The notes beneath the pieces are model-generated. The model made no database searches, was not told where the DNA came from, and saw only the letters and a program-made list of their open reading frames with translations. A program made the position numbers and the translations under genes. DNA of 64,000 bases from Terriglobia bacterium (GTDB lineage Bacteria; Acidobacteriota; Terriglobia; Terriglobales; Acidobacteriaceae), in contig JAIQEY010000018.1 in the NCBI GenBank assembly GCA_020073565.1, forward strand, positions 36,431 to 100,430. The letters are read 5' to 3'. Shown one piece after another: positions 1-9,154 of the stretch (positions within the stretch are counted from its first letter, which is position 1; the number at the start of each line of letters is the position of its first letter).

Positions 1-314
1 TCTCCGAAGATGGATCGTCGGAGCCGCTGAGTTGTAGTGGAACGGTGGTGGGGCTTCTGGACCACGTCGACTACCCTGAATCCACCGTGCAACTCCACCA
101 CGGGGACCTGTTCGTTGCTTACAGTGATGGCGTGACCGAACCGGAGAACGACTACGGCGAGTTCGGCGAGGAGCGGCTGATCCAGATTGTGAGGGAGAAT
201 CGGCACTTGCCCCTAGCCCGCATCACCGAAATTGTTACGGCCGCGGTAGAAGACTGGATCGGCGACAACGAGCAGCCCGATGATGTGACCCTGGTGCTGG
301 CGCGAGCGCGGTAG
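1..314 (+). CDS. C-terminal fragment of a PP2C/SpoIIE-type serine phosphatase (gene starts upstream of the window)
   Basis: Frame is open to the window edge. GDLFVAYSDGVTE...DDVTLVLARAR matches the conserved C-terminal Asp motifs of SpoIIE/RsbU-like PP2C domains. Confidence 0.7.
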   Translation, partial: SEDGSSEPLSCSGTVVGLLDHVDYPESTVQLHHGDLFVAYSDGVTEPENDYGEFGEERLIQIVRENRHLPLARITEIVTAAVEDWIGDNEQPDDVTLVLARAR

Positions 315-377
315 GAACGGGAGGGCACGGCTTAAGTACTTGCGGAAAAACTCGGCCTGGCGCTTGATCTTGGGTGG

Positions 378-527
378 CGCAGTGCTTTAGCACTGCGATA
401 ACTGGCTTATTTTCAATCGGGCTTTAGCCCCTGCGGTCAGTCTGACGATCCGGAAACACTTCTTCCGCAAGTTGCTAAGCCGTGCCGCCGAGAGCCGCCA
501 AAGACGCGCGGCTTCAGCCCCTGAAGC
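378..527. repeat. Cluster of three short perfect hairpins in an intergenic region (REP-like)
   Basis: cgcagtgc-ttta-gcactgcg (378-397), gggc-ttta-gccc (418-429), gcttcag-ccc-ctgaagc (511-527). No convincing ORF covers them. Confidence 0.4.
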
Positions 528-668
528 TCGCCTTCGACAACACACCCGCCTGTGAGGCAACTCACTCCCGAGCGTGGCCCTAGTCACTGTGCGCCTTATT
601 TTTCGGGGATCTAATCAGACTTGGGTTAGATTGTCGTTGTGCGGCCGAAAGCCCAGGGGAATTTCATC

Positions 669-911
669 ATGGCAGAACAGATTGACAAGCTTAGGTGTCC
701 ACTCTGCGAAGGGCGGGGGGAAGTGCTGCGGTCGGAACTGGTGGAGCGAATTACAAATCCGGAAGTGCGGAAGCGGCTGGATGCGCGGATCGCGGAAATT
801 CTGGAAACGAGCGAACTGGCGGGCGTCGGGCCGAAAGTTCGGGATTTTGAGAAGGAAGTGCACACCTGGAATCCGGCCTTGCCGATGTGGCAGCGGAGTC
901 CGAAGGAGTAG
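669..911 (+). CDS. Small hypothetical protein with CxxC motif
   Basis: ATG at 669 inside ORF 639..911. CPLCEGRG motif. No recognisable family. Confidence 0.4.
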   Translation: MAEQIDKLRCPLCEGRGEVLRSELVERITNPEVRKRLDARIAEILETSELAGVGPKVRDFEKEVHTWNPALPMWQRSPKE

Positions 912-1014
912 GGTCGCAACAAGAGAGTATTCTGGCGAGGTTGTTCGTCTGAATGATTGCGCCAGCCAGGCGGAGGGATCAAACCAGGTCCTTCCGCTTT
1001 TTGTTCATGAGAAT

Positions 1015-1761
1015 TTATTCCAGAGGGGCGGAAACGGAGCTTATCGAAGAGGCGCAGGAGGAGGCGGATGAATGAGGGGGTTTGCTCCTAGCTACCGCGG
1101 CGAGAGACGTCTCCCATTGCTTTTCTGACACTATCGCTATCGGGCATCGGTTTCTGTATTCGACGGCCTTTTCGATCTTGGTACCGTGAGTTGAATACTT
1201 CCAATCCCTGCTCATCAGAGACCCAATCACAACGTAGGAACTCTGCAAACGCACTGTATCCCAGCACGTACCACCGCGGGTCTCGATCTCGCGCTGGCAA
1301 AGGCGACGCGGCCCATAAAGGAACTTCCCGGTCAGAACAAATTCCTTGCCGTCAAACACAATGTCCGGCTCAGGTATGGTTAAGGGTAGATCGGTTGGTC
1401 CGAAGGAGAGGGTCTCGTCATCTTGGCGACCCACGATCTGAGTCACTAGCTCAGCAAGGTCTCCGCGCTCTTGCTCGTCAGCAACGCCGTCTCGATAGAT
1501 TCGGTCAATTCTTTCGACCAAGGCGCTCTCCGGCCAGATGTCGGCAATCTCTCGATTTGCGACGAGCCATTTCGCAAGTTGCTCACATTCACTCGCACTG
1601 ACGTATCGATCAGCGATGATGCCGCGAAGAAAGCCAATAAGTTCGCTAATCGCGCGATTTGCCCGCCGGTTCTCATTTAAGTTCTGGTTCAGCGGTTGAC
1701 CGTGATCGTCAGATGCCGTCTTCATGACACGAGCCTCGCTGCCAGCATGAGGCCAGGCCAT
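1015..1761 (-). CDS. BRCT domain-containing protein
   Basis: C-terminal DGKEFVLTGKF...RRLCQREIETRGGTC...SYVVIGS...KIEKAVEY...IVSEKQW resembles the BRCT fold found in LigA C-termini. The helical N-terminal region is unassigned. Confidence 0.6.
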   Translation of the reverse strand: MAWPHAGSEARVMKTASDDHGQPLNQNLNENRRANRAISELIGFLRGIIADRYVSASECEQLAKWLVANREIADIWPESALVERIDRIYRDGVADEQERGDLAELVTQIVGRQDDETLSFGPTDLPLTIPEPDIVFDGKEFVLTGKFLYGPRRLCQREIETRGGTCWDTVRLQSSYVVIGSLMSRDWKYSTHGTKIEKAVEYRNRCPIAIVSEKQWETSLAAVARSKPPHSSASSCASSISSVSAPLE

Positions 1762-1890
1762 GTAGATAGTCTGTGAGTAGCGTCACTAGGCAGAGTGAGT
1801 CCATGGGCGCAAGGGCGGAGACAACGCGAAAGTTGGGACTGCCCTAGTCAGATTTAGAAGCCACAAAAAGGCGGCTCGGCCACACCACCG

Positions 1891-2664
1891 TCACCTGCGG
1901 AGTTTCAACGGAATCGCACGACCTCCAAATAGGACGATCCACGCCTCTGAGAAAGGAATGGTCGCGCACCTCTCGCTCGCCAAGTAGCTCTGAACGTGCT
2001 CGGAGTCTATCGACCATGCCGCGCCGATCACCAACGCTGTTTGCGCGACCGTCCGGTCGGGGTATCTTTTGGCTTTCTTAGTAATTGCCTCGTCAATCCA
2101 TGCCCCGTCGCGCCCGGGCCAGCCTGTTAAGGTCACGTGCACGTGAAGTCCGAGCGAGGGAATACTGAGCCCGTGAACATAGGACACGAAATCGGACAAT
2201 CTGTCTGATGCATACAGTTGTTCGTCATCAATTTCCCAGTTGCCATTGCAGCGAGCGCCGTCCACAACATCGGCAAGTTTTGCTGCGGCAATCTGGGGCA
2301 CCCCGTTGAAAATACTCCGCTCAGTCAGACCAACGTGCAGCTCGCAGTCGTCCACGTTACGAGTGGCAAAAATCTCTTTCATGAGATTCTCGAATCTCGC
2401 AACGTTGCTATTGTCGCCTCTAAGCTCGAGATGCTGACCGGATGGAATCGTCACTACCTGGATCGGACGGGGTGGATATGTTCCTGATCTGCTTTCGAGG
2501 ACAACGTCAAAGGGCTCCTCGGGGTTTTCCAGATAATATGTGGCACTCTTAACTTCATAGTCGGAGTCTTCCCTCTCGTTAATTGCACGTGCAACGACGG
2601 CACAGAAATAAACCTCCCGTTCTTTCTTGCTTATCTCTACAGATCGCACGGGGACAGGATACAA
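1891..2664 (-). CDS. Hypothetical protein (no recognisable domain); start codon uncertain (TTG at 2664)
   Basis: 257-aa uninterrupted ORF directly upstream of and co-oriented with the BRCT gene. The region looks AT-richer than its flanks by eye. Confidence 0.45.
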   Translation of the reverse strand: MYPVPVRSVEISKKEREVYFCAVVARAINEREDSDYEVKSATYYLENPEEPFDVVLESRSGTYPPRPIQVVTIPSGQHLELRGDNSNVARFENLMKEIFATRNVDDCELHVGLTERSIFNGVPQIAAAKLADVVDGARCNGNWEIDDEQLYASDRLSDFVSYVHGLSIPSLGLHVHVTLTGWPGRDGAWIDEAITKKAKRYPDRTVAQTALVIGAAWSIDSEHVQSYLASERCATIPFSEAWIVLFGGRAIPLKLRR

Positions 2665-2710
2665 CGTTCAAAGACAAGCAGACGCCCGACAAGCGCCCCG
2701 ACGAGGCGCC

Positions 2711-2748
2711 AAAAAAGCGCGGGAAGGATTTGGATCCTTCCCCGCGCT
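2711..2748 (-). terminator. Rho-independent terminator downstream of gdhA
   Basis: On the minus strand, agcgcggggaaggat-ccaa-atccttcccgcgct is followed by tttttt, 23 nt after the gdhA stop. Confidence 0.65.
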
Positions 2749-2770
2749 GTTTATCGCTATAACGATCCGC

Positions 2771-4168
2771 TTACACCAGGCCCTGATCCAGCATCGAGTT
2801 GGCGATCTTCAGGAAGCCGGCGATGTTGGCTCCGTTCACGTAATTGCCGGGCGTGCCGTACTTCTCGGCCGTTTCGTAGCAGTTCTGGTGAATGGAGATC
2901 ATGATTTTGTGCAGCCGCTCGTCGACTTCTTCACGAGTCCACGAGAGACGCATGCTGTTCTGCGACATTTCCAGTCCGGACGTGGCCACTCCGCCGGCAT
3001 TGGCGGCCTTGGCTGGTCCGTACAAGATCTTGGCGTCGAGGAACATCTTGGTGGCTTCGAGCGTGCTGGGCATATTGGCGCCCTCGCTGACGACCTTCAC
3101 GCCATTCTTCAGGAGATTGGCCGCATCTTTTGCGTTGATCTCATTCTGGGTGGCGCTCGGAAACGCGCAATCGGCCTTGATGTTCCACAGCCAGTTGTGG
3201 TCGAGCTTCTTGTCAGTCGCCTGATACACGGCCTTCTTGTACTTGTCCGTGTACTCCTTGATGCGACCGCGGCGGTTGTTCTTCAGGTCCATAACGAACG
3301 CGAGTTTGTCGCGGTCGATGCCGTCAGCATCATAGATAGCGCCGTCGGAATCGGACATCGTCACAGGCTTCGCGCGCAGGTCGAGCAACTTCTCGACCGT
3401 GTATTGCGAGACGTTGCCGCTGCCGGAGACCAGACACACCTTGCCTTCAAGCGTGTCTTTGCGGGTCTTCAGCATCTCCTTGGCGAAGTACACGCAGCCG
3501 TAGCCGGTGGCTTCGGGACGAATCAGCGAACCGCCCCAGGCCAGGCCTTTGCCGGTCAGGACACCCGAGAATTCATTCCGCAACCGCTTGTATTGGCCGA
3601 ACAGGAAGCCGATTTCGCGTCCGCCCACGCCAATATCGCCCGCGGGCACGTCCGTATCGGGGCCGATGTGACGGCAGAGTTCAGTCATGAAGCTTTGGCA
3701 GAAGCGCATCACTTCGTTGTCACTCTTGCCCTTGGGATCGAAATCCGAACCGCCCTTGCCGCCGCCCATGGGCAGCGTAGTGAGCGAGTTCTTAAACACT
3801 TGTTCGAACGCCAGGAACTTCAGGATGCCGAGGTTCACCGAGGGGTGGAACCGCAGGCCGCCCTTGTAAGGGCCGATCGCGCTGTTCATCTCAATGCGGA
3901 ACCCACGATTGACTTGCACTTTGCCCTTGTCGTCGAACCAGGGCACGCGGAACATCAGGACTCTTTCGGGTTCCGTAATGCGCTCCAGGATCTTGTTTTC
4001 CTGGTACTCAGGGTGGCGCTCCAACACGAGCCGCAAAGACTCTAGGACTTCCATGACGGCCTGGTGAAATTCCGGTTCGGCCGGGTTTTTGGCTTTAACG
4101 AGGTTGAAAATCTGATTTATGTAGTCCGCCGCAGCGTTCTGCTTGGGCGGTTCCATGACAGCACTCAT
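2771..4168 (-). CDS. gdhA: NADP-specific glutamate dehydrogenase
   Basis: Full-length similarity to hexameric GdhA (GGGKGGSDFDPKGKS, GPDTDVPAGDIGVG, GSGNV Rossmann motif). ATG with a GGAGG RBS. Confidence 0.95.
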   Translation of the reverse strand: MSAVMEPPKQNAAADYINQIFNLVKAKNPAEPEFHQAVMEVLESLRLVLERHPEYQENKILERITEPERVLMFRVPWFDDKGKVQVNRGFRIEMNSAIGPYKGGLRFHPSVNLGILKFLAFEQVFKNSLTTLPMGGGKGGSDFDPKGKSDNEVMRFCQSFMTELCRHIGPDTDVPAGDIGVGGREIGFLFGQYKRLRNEFSGVLTGKGLAWGGSLIRPEATGYGCVYFAKEMLKTRKDTLEGKVCLVSGSGNVSQYTVEKLLDLRAKPVTMSDSDGAIYDADGIDRDKLAFVMDLKNNRRGRIKEYTDKYKKAVYQATDKKLDHNWLWNIKADCAFPSATQNEINAKDAANLLKNGVKVVSEGANMPSTLEATKMFLDAKILYGPAKAANAGGVATSGLEMSQNSMRLSWTREEVDERLHKIMISIHQNCYETAEKYGTPGNYVNGANIAGFLKIANSMLDQGLV

Positions 4169-4370
4169 AGGCTTGCCTCCGAATTTTTGAGGAATGAACG
4201 GATTGTCACAACTTTAAGGATGCCGCAGAATTGCGGCTGTAGCTATTGAATGCCTGGAGGTGACGCCCGGCTGTGATTCGCATCACCCGAAGCCGTGATG
4301 ATTGGCCGCACGCAAGGTACGTAGGGCACTGGAACCCCTGTCGCAAGAGTACTTTAGAGCCACGGTAAGG

Positions 4371-5432
4371 CTACTTCCCGGATGTCCCTTTTGCAATTGC
4401 CACTCTTGGTGTCACTTGCTGACCCTTTTCCATACCGCCTACCAGGATGAGGCCACGGCGGGTGACGAGTAAACCGCGGTGATCCATGGTTGGGTCGGGA
4501 GTACTTTCGCTAATTGTTTCCCACTTGCTTGTCCGGAGATTGAAAGCGAAGGTTACCGGAGAAGGTTCCGCGGGCTGGCCGTTGTAGCCGATCCCGTTGT
4601 AGTTGTACGGATTGTCGGTGCCGCCAGAAAAGTAGATTCGGCTTTCTTTTTCCGACGCGCCGGCGGCGATGCGATAGCGGGCGTTCCCCGGGTGGGCGGG
4701 AAGTTTGCTCCATTCAATCTTAGTTGGGTCCTTCTTGCTGATCTTGCCCATCCAGCATTCGTCGGATGCGACGTACTTTGGATTTGCCCCGCTCGGATTC
4801 TTGTACGCTCCATCGACATATACAATGGTGTCACCAAAGATGGCTCCCGCGTGACCAAACACAGGGGTGCCGGGAATCGGCGTGGCTTGCATCCATTTGT
4901 CTTTGTCGGTGTCGTAAACCTGAACGTTGCCGACCGCGTCGCCCTTTGGTCCTGACCATCCGCTGATGAGGTAGATATAGCGGTCGCGGTAGACACCCAG
5001 CACCGAGTCGTCGACCGGGGCGGGGATATCGGCGCCGCGGTAGTAACGATTCTCCGCCGGGACATAGACGTTCACGTCGGAGACGGTGGTCTCGCCTCCT
5101 TGTCCATCGACCACGTAACCGCCGAAGATGAAGACCTGTTCGTGAAATGCGGCGGCGGAGGCAGCTAGACGTCCGGCAACTCCGGGAACGGGGCGCAGTT
5201 CGGTCCATTTCCCGGTGTTGAGATCGAGCCGGTAGGCGCCATGGCTGATCGCATCCCATGTCTTTTTCGGGCCGATGCCCATGAAGGAAAAGATCTGGAG
5301 ATTCTTGTCGCGAGAGATGGCGACCGCGTTATTGGAGACCGGTGACGGCAGCGGACTGAGCTTGGGTTCTTCGGCTGCGTGGATTAAGGGGGCCAGAGAC
5401 AGGCATAGCAGTATTCGAAGCGGCGTCTTCAT
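4371..5432 (-). CDS. Secreted Kelch-repeat beta-propeller protein (NanM/galactose-oxidase-like)
   Basis: N-terminal signal peptide (LLCLSLAPLIHA). Repeated Kelch-like blades (FIFGGY, YLISGW, IVYVDGA, IYFSGG, ILVGG). Confidence 0.8.
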   Translation of the reverse strand: MKTPLRILLCLSLAPLIHAAEEPKLSPLPSPVSNNAVAISRDKNLQIFSFMGIGPKKTWDAISHGAYRLDLNTGKWTELRPVPGVAGRLAASAAAFHEQVFIFGGYVVDGQGGETTVSDVNVYVPAENRYYRGADIPAPVDDSVLGVYRDRYIYLISGWSGPKGDAVGNVQVYDTDKDKWMQATPIPGTPVFGHAGAIFGDTIVYVDGAYKNPSGANPKYVASDECWMGKISKKDPTKIEWSKLPAHPGNARYRIAAGASEKESRIYFSGGTDNPYNYNGIGYNGQPAEPSPVTFAFNLRTSKWETISESTPDPTMDHRGLLVTRRGLILVGGMEKGQQVTPRVAIAKGTSGK

Positions 5433-5488
5433 TGACGAGATGATAGCAGCGGAGAGAGCAGAATAGTCGGAGTATTGCGGCTATTCCG

Positions 5489-6427
5489 TCAGGGTTGCGG
5501 CGTCGCGGGTGGCGCGATCGTCACCAGAGGACCCGGTGGCGGCGCGACCGGGATCGGAGCAACGACGGGAGCAAGAAACCTGCGCTGGTACCAAATCATT
5601 TCGGAGGCCCGTTGCCAGAGCCGCACGCCGAATCCGCACAGCACTACAATTTCCAGGAACAGGACCGTCCACCCAAAACGCGCAGGCGGCATTTTTGCCC
5701 AGATGTAGAGGCCTGCTCCAAAAACCAGCCATCCCACAACTGAAATCCGCAGGAACATCCAGAATAAAGACGCGAGGTTCCCGGTTGTGATTTTGAAGGC
5801 GCGACCTGCGTTCCGCCACATGCCGGTCTCTTCTTCGACGACAGCGCGCACCTGGGCCATGTCGAACCAGAGCCGTACGAACATGGCGATCAAGCCAACC
5901 ACTCCCATGCCGATGAGGAAGAACCAGTAGCCTGTTTTTTCGTGCGCGGCATCGTCGAGAAGTGTGCCCGTCTCTTTCGAAACGAACGATCCCAGCATGA
6001 AGACCGGGATCAAAACAATCAGCACCATGATGAGCAGCCGGACCCAGCGCCAGAAATAGCTGCCACAGGCTTCAAAGAATTCGCGCGTAGTGAGCCTGCG
6101 GCCGGAACGATAGGCCTCGAGAATACCTCCGGTGAGGAACAAGACGATGAAGAAGAACACAATGCCGGACGAGATCGAAGACCCGGCTACCTGGAACAGA
6201 TTGACTTCCGGATCTGACGACAGCGCTGAAAAGCTGCCGAAATCGAACATATTGGAGAGGCGCTGGGCGTTCAGACTATGATCGGTAACCGCGTCCAATT
6301 TGTGTATGATCGGCCCGGCAGCAAAATGCGACAGTGCAAGATTGATAAGGAAAATGAACCACAGTACGCGCTGATAGCGCCACGCTCGGCTAAATCCTTC
6401 GCGCAATAGTCCAGGTTGATCAGCCAT
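5489..6427 (-). CDS. Hypothetical polytopic membrane protein
   Basis: Several long hydrophobic segments (VLWFIFLINLAL, IVFFFIVLFLTGGIL, LLIMVLIVLIPVFMLG, FFLIGMGVVGLIAMFV). Pro-rich tail. Confidence 0.6.
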   Translation of the reverse strand: MADQPGLLREGFSRAWRYQRVLWFIFLINLALSHFAAGPIIHKLDAVTDHSLNAQRLSNMFDFGSFSALSSDPEVNLFQVAGSSISSGIVFFFIVLFLTGGILEAYRSGRRLTTREFFEACGSYFWRWVRLLIMVLIVLIPVFMLGSFVSKETGTLLDDAAHEKTGYWFFLIGMGVVGLIAMFVRLWFDMAQVRAVVEEETGMWRNAGRAFKITTGNLASLFWMFLRISVVGWLVFGAGLYIWAKMPPARFGWTVLFLEIVVLCGFGVRLWQRASEMIWYQRRFLAPVVAPIPVAPPPGPLVTIAPPATPQP

Positions 6428-6428
6428 A

Positions 6429-6526
6429 GTTCTCAGTTCTCAGTTGAGCTACGAGCTTCGAGCCACGAGCTGCGAGCAACCGCAGATCAATGGTTCGCTC
6501 GTAGCTCGCGGCTCGTAGCTCGTAGC
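6429..6526. repeat. Short-period (about 6 nt) repeat patch forming a long imperfect hairpin
   Basis: gttctcagttctcag, then gctacgagcttcgagccacgagctgcgagc, an 18-nt loop, and gctcgtagctcgcggctcgtagctcgtagc. About 27/30 positions are complementary. It lies between the M1 peptidase stop and the next gene's start. Confidence 0.7.
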
Positions 6527-6531
6527 AGTTT

Positions 6532-8484
6532 TCACGCTAGCCACGCCAGGCACTGTGACAACATCTGAGTGATCCACGTCCAGTAGCTGACAATTTTCCA
6601 TCTCGCCCGCGTGTCTTCCTTCGGCACATAGCTGTTGTTGAAGAAATTTCGGTCGAGAAGCACCGCGGTTCCGGGATCGATCTCTGCTGAGACTAGCTTT
6701 GCTTTCTTGTCGTACGTGTAGCGCACCCAGCGGTCCTTGCCGTCCCAGTGCTCGGTAACCGACTCGCCGTTATCGAACTTGATCACGACGTCCACCGGGA
6801 AAATGAAGTCTCCCTTGCGATGGACTTGAACCTGGGTGCGGTAAACGGTCTCGCCCTTCTTTTCCTTGGGCGGATCTTTTACGTACCAGTCAACGCGGTC
6901 AGAGCTGGCGCGGCGAATTTCGTAATCCAAGACTTGCGTTCCGTACACGGCCTGATCGAAGTACCAGCGAAGATCCTGACCGCTGACTTCCTCGACCGTC
7001 TTCAGGAAATCTTCCTTGGTCGGATGAGTAAACCGGTACCGCATGAAATACGTGTGGATGGCGCGCTTGAGTGTTTCTTCTCCGACTATTCTTTCCAGCG
7101 TCAACAGCACCGTGGCCGTCTTGCCGTAGGTAATGTCGGCGTAAGAACCAAAGCTGATGTACTGGTAGGCGAAGCGCGACATGGGATCGAGGTCGGCGGC
7201 CGCAAGATAACTGTTGCGCTGGCTGGCGTTTTCGCCCTCGGTCAATCCCCAGAGATCCATCACCGATTTGTCTTTGCCAAAAATGTCGTCGAGAATCTTG
7301 CACTCGGTGTAGCTGTTAATTCCTTCGTCCAGCCAGGCATCTTCGAACTCGTTGGTAGCCACCATCCCGTACCAGTACTGGTGTCCAAATTCGTGCTCCA
7401 CCACCAGTTCCACCAGGCGCAGGCCCTCAGGCATCCACCAGGTTGTGTCGCCAGTAAACAGCGTCGGATATTCCATGCCACCAGCGCGGATGTCCGCGGG
7501 GTCAACAACGGTGATCTGTTTGTAAGGATAGGGACCATACCACTGGTCAAAGCGTTTCAGAGTTTCTTGCATGATGCGCAGGTGGCGACCGGCCTGATCG
7601 ACGTGACCCGGTTGCAGCAGCAGGCGGATCTTCACCGGACCCATGCTGCCCTTGAAAGTATCTTCGACGACGTGGTAACTAGGCTGGGCCGTCCAGGCAA
7701 AGTCGTGAATATCTTCGCCGCGAAAGCTCAAGGTCTTCGTGCCGTCGCCGTTCTTAACTTCGCCCACCTGCACGCCGCTGGCGCCGACAACTTCATTTTG
7801 CGGGACGGTCAGCTTCACATCGAAGGTGCCAAAGTCGGCAAAGAATTCTGTGTTGGAATGGAACTGGTGGCAATTCCAGGCGCCCTGCCACCAGACTCCG
7901 ACCTTCGGAAACCATTGCGCCCCCATGATGAAATCGCGCTTGTAGCCGGTGCGGGCGAAGACCTGGCCGAACTGGTCGTGGAAAGCGATCTTGAACTGCA
8001 CCGATTCATTGGGTGCGATCGGCCGCGGCAGTTTCACCTGGAACACGGTGCGGTCGTCGGGATTGCCGTCGTCGGGCGCGATGAACTTGATCTGCGAAGT
8101 CAGGTCGCCCATGCCAACAATTTCGAGCGACTTCACTTCCGCCGACGCCTTGTATTTGTCCTTCACTTCGAAGTCGGTGCGATCCCGGCGTTCCTCTTTC
8201 ATGAAGGTCGAAGTAGGCTGGAAGGCGTTCAAGTAAAGATGAAACGGAAAGGTATCTTGCGGCTGGCCGGTGAGGTTGCGATACGTCAGAACTTCGGTGG
8301 CGTCGAGCGTGCGCTTGTTGGCGTCAAAACGGGCGTCAATCTGGTAGGCAACGACTCGTTCCGAGAGAGGTTTATCGGCAAGCGTCGCAATCGGCGGCGG
8401 AGCCGTTTGAGCCGGAGCCGCGCTCGACGCAGCCACGCACACGGCGAAAAAACAAGCAAGCAACATTGCCAATCGAGAGCACAT
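6532..8484 (-). CDS. M1-family zinc aminopeptidase, secreted
   Basis: GGMEYPT exopeptidase motif plus HEFGHQYWYG...WLDEG zinc site. Signal peptide after the ATG at 8484 (the ORF is open to a TTG at 8505). Confidence 0.9.
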   Translation of the reverse strand: MCSRLAMLLACFFAVCVAASSAAPAQTAPPPIATLADKPLSERVVAYQIDARFDANKRTLDATEVLTYRNLTGQPQDTFPFHLYLNAFQPTSTFMKEERRDRTDFEVKDKYKASAEVKSLEIVGMGDLTSQIKFIAPDDGNPDDRTVFQVKLPRPIAPNESVQFKIAFHDQFGQVFARTGYKRDFIMGAQWFPKVGVWWQGAWNCHQFHSNTEFFADFGTFDVKLTVPQNEVVGASGVQVGEVKNGDGTKTLSFRGEDIHDFAWTAQPSYHVVEDTFKGSMGPVKIRLLLQPGHVDQAGRHLRIMQETLKRFDQWYGPYPYKQITVVDPADIRAGGMEYPTLFTGDTTWWMPEGLRLVELVVEHEFGHQYWYGMVATNEFEDAWLDEGINSYTECKILDDIFGKDKSVMDLWGLTEGENASQRNSYLAAADLDPMSRFAYQYISFGSYADITYGKTATVLLTLERIVGEETLKRAIHTYFMRYRFTHPTKEDFLKTVEEVSGQDLRWYFDQAVYGTQVLDYEIRRASSDRVDWYVKDPPKEKKGETVYRTQVQVHRKGDFIFPVDVVIKFDNGESVTEHWDGKDRWVRYTYDKKAKLVSAEIDPGTAVLLDRNFFNNSYVPKEDTRARWKIVSYWTWITQMLSQCLAWLA

Positions 8485-8607
8485 GTTGGGAGATCGTCCT
8501 TCCAAAGCAGCAAGCCGAATTGCGAAGCTTACACTGCCTGAGGCACGATTGAAAAGCTGCCTCTTCTAGAACCACGTGCGTTCGCGTATTGGCGGTACGC
8601 GCGCAGA

Positions 8608-9078
8608 TCACTCCACAAATCCTTGCCGTACTGCGTGGATAAAATCGGTGTAGGCGGGCTCCTTGCCGGCCGCGCGCATTTCCAGGGCGACCTGTCCGCG
8701 ATGATACGCCGAGTGCAGGAGCACGTGCGTAAGCACATCCTCCACACGGCTCGACCACGGCTCGCCTTTGCTGTTGCGGTATTCGACTTTCTCGTGAAAA
8801 GCGCTGGCTTGGAGTGGCGTCAAGTAGTTACGCCAGAGGTTGGCCATTTCATCCGTAAGCGCCATGCAGTCTTGAAGGCTCGCAGTAGGCCATACGGGCA
8901 AGCTTTGGCTCTCGCCGCGCAGCCGTTCGAACCACAATTTCTGCGCGGAGAGGATGTGCGCCATCCGGCCTACTGTACCTGAAGAAACCAGGCGCGCGGC
9001 CTGCATGGCAGAAAGGGTTTGGTGGTTCGCCCAGGAGTCGTAGGCAAACATGCGGAGGAAATGCTCGCTCGTATTCAT
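8608..9078 (-). CDS. DinB-family protein
   Basis: FAYDSWANHQTL...HVLLHSAYHRGQV is typical of the DinB four-helix-bundle His triad. ATG at 9078 chosen inside the longer ORF. Confidence 0.8.
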   Translation of the reverse strand: MNTSEHFLRMFAYDSWANHQTLSAMQAARLVSSGTVGRMAHILSAQKLWFERLRGESQSLPVWPTASLQDCMALTDEMANLWRNYLTPLQASAFHEKVEYRNSKGEPWSSRVEDVLTHVLLHSAYHRGQVALEMRAAGKEPAYTDFIHAVRQGFVE

Positions 9079-9154
9079 TGGCTTTTCTTGTGCGGCGCTG
9101 ATTGCGTTGCGATCCACCGCGCCCAGACGGTACGATACAGTCGCAGCACCACGT

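Noticed and set aside
2627-4045. 472-aa plus-strand ORF
   Set aside because: It is exactly antisense to the unambiguous gdhA gene. It has Ala/Arg/Gly/Val-rich low-complexity translation, typical of mirror ORFs in high-GC DNA.
6748-8541. 597-aa plus-strand ORF
   Set aside because: It is antisense to the M1 aminopeptidase (HEFGH...E zinc site on the minus strand). No motifs; a high-GC shadow ORF.
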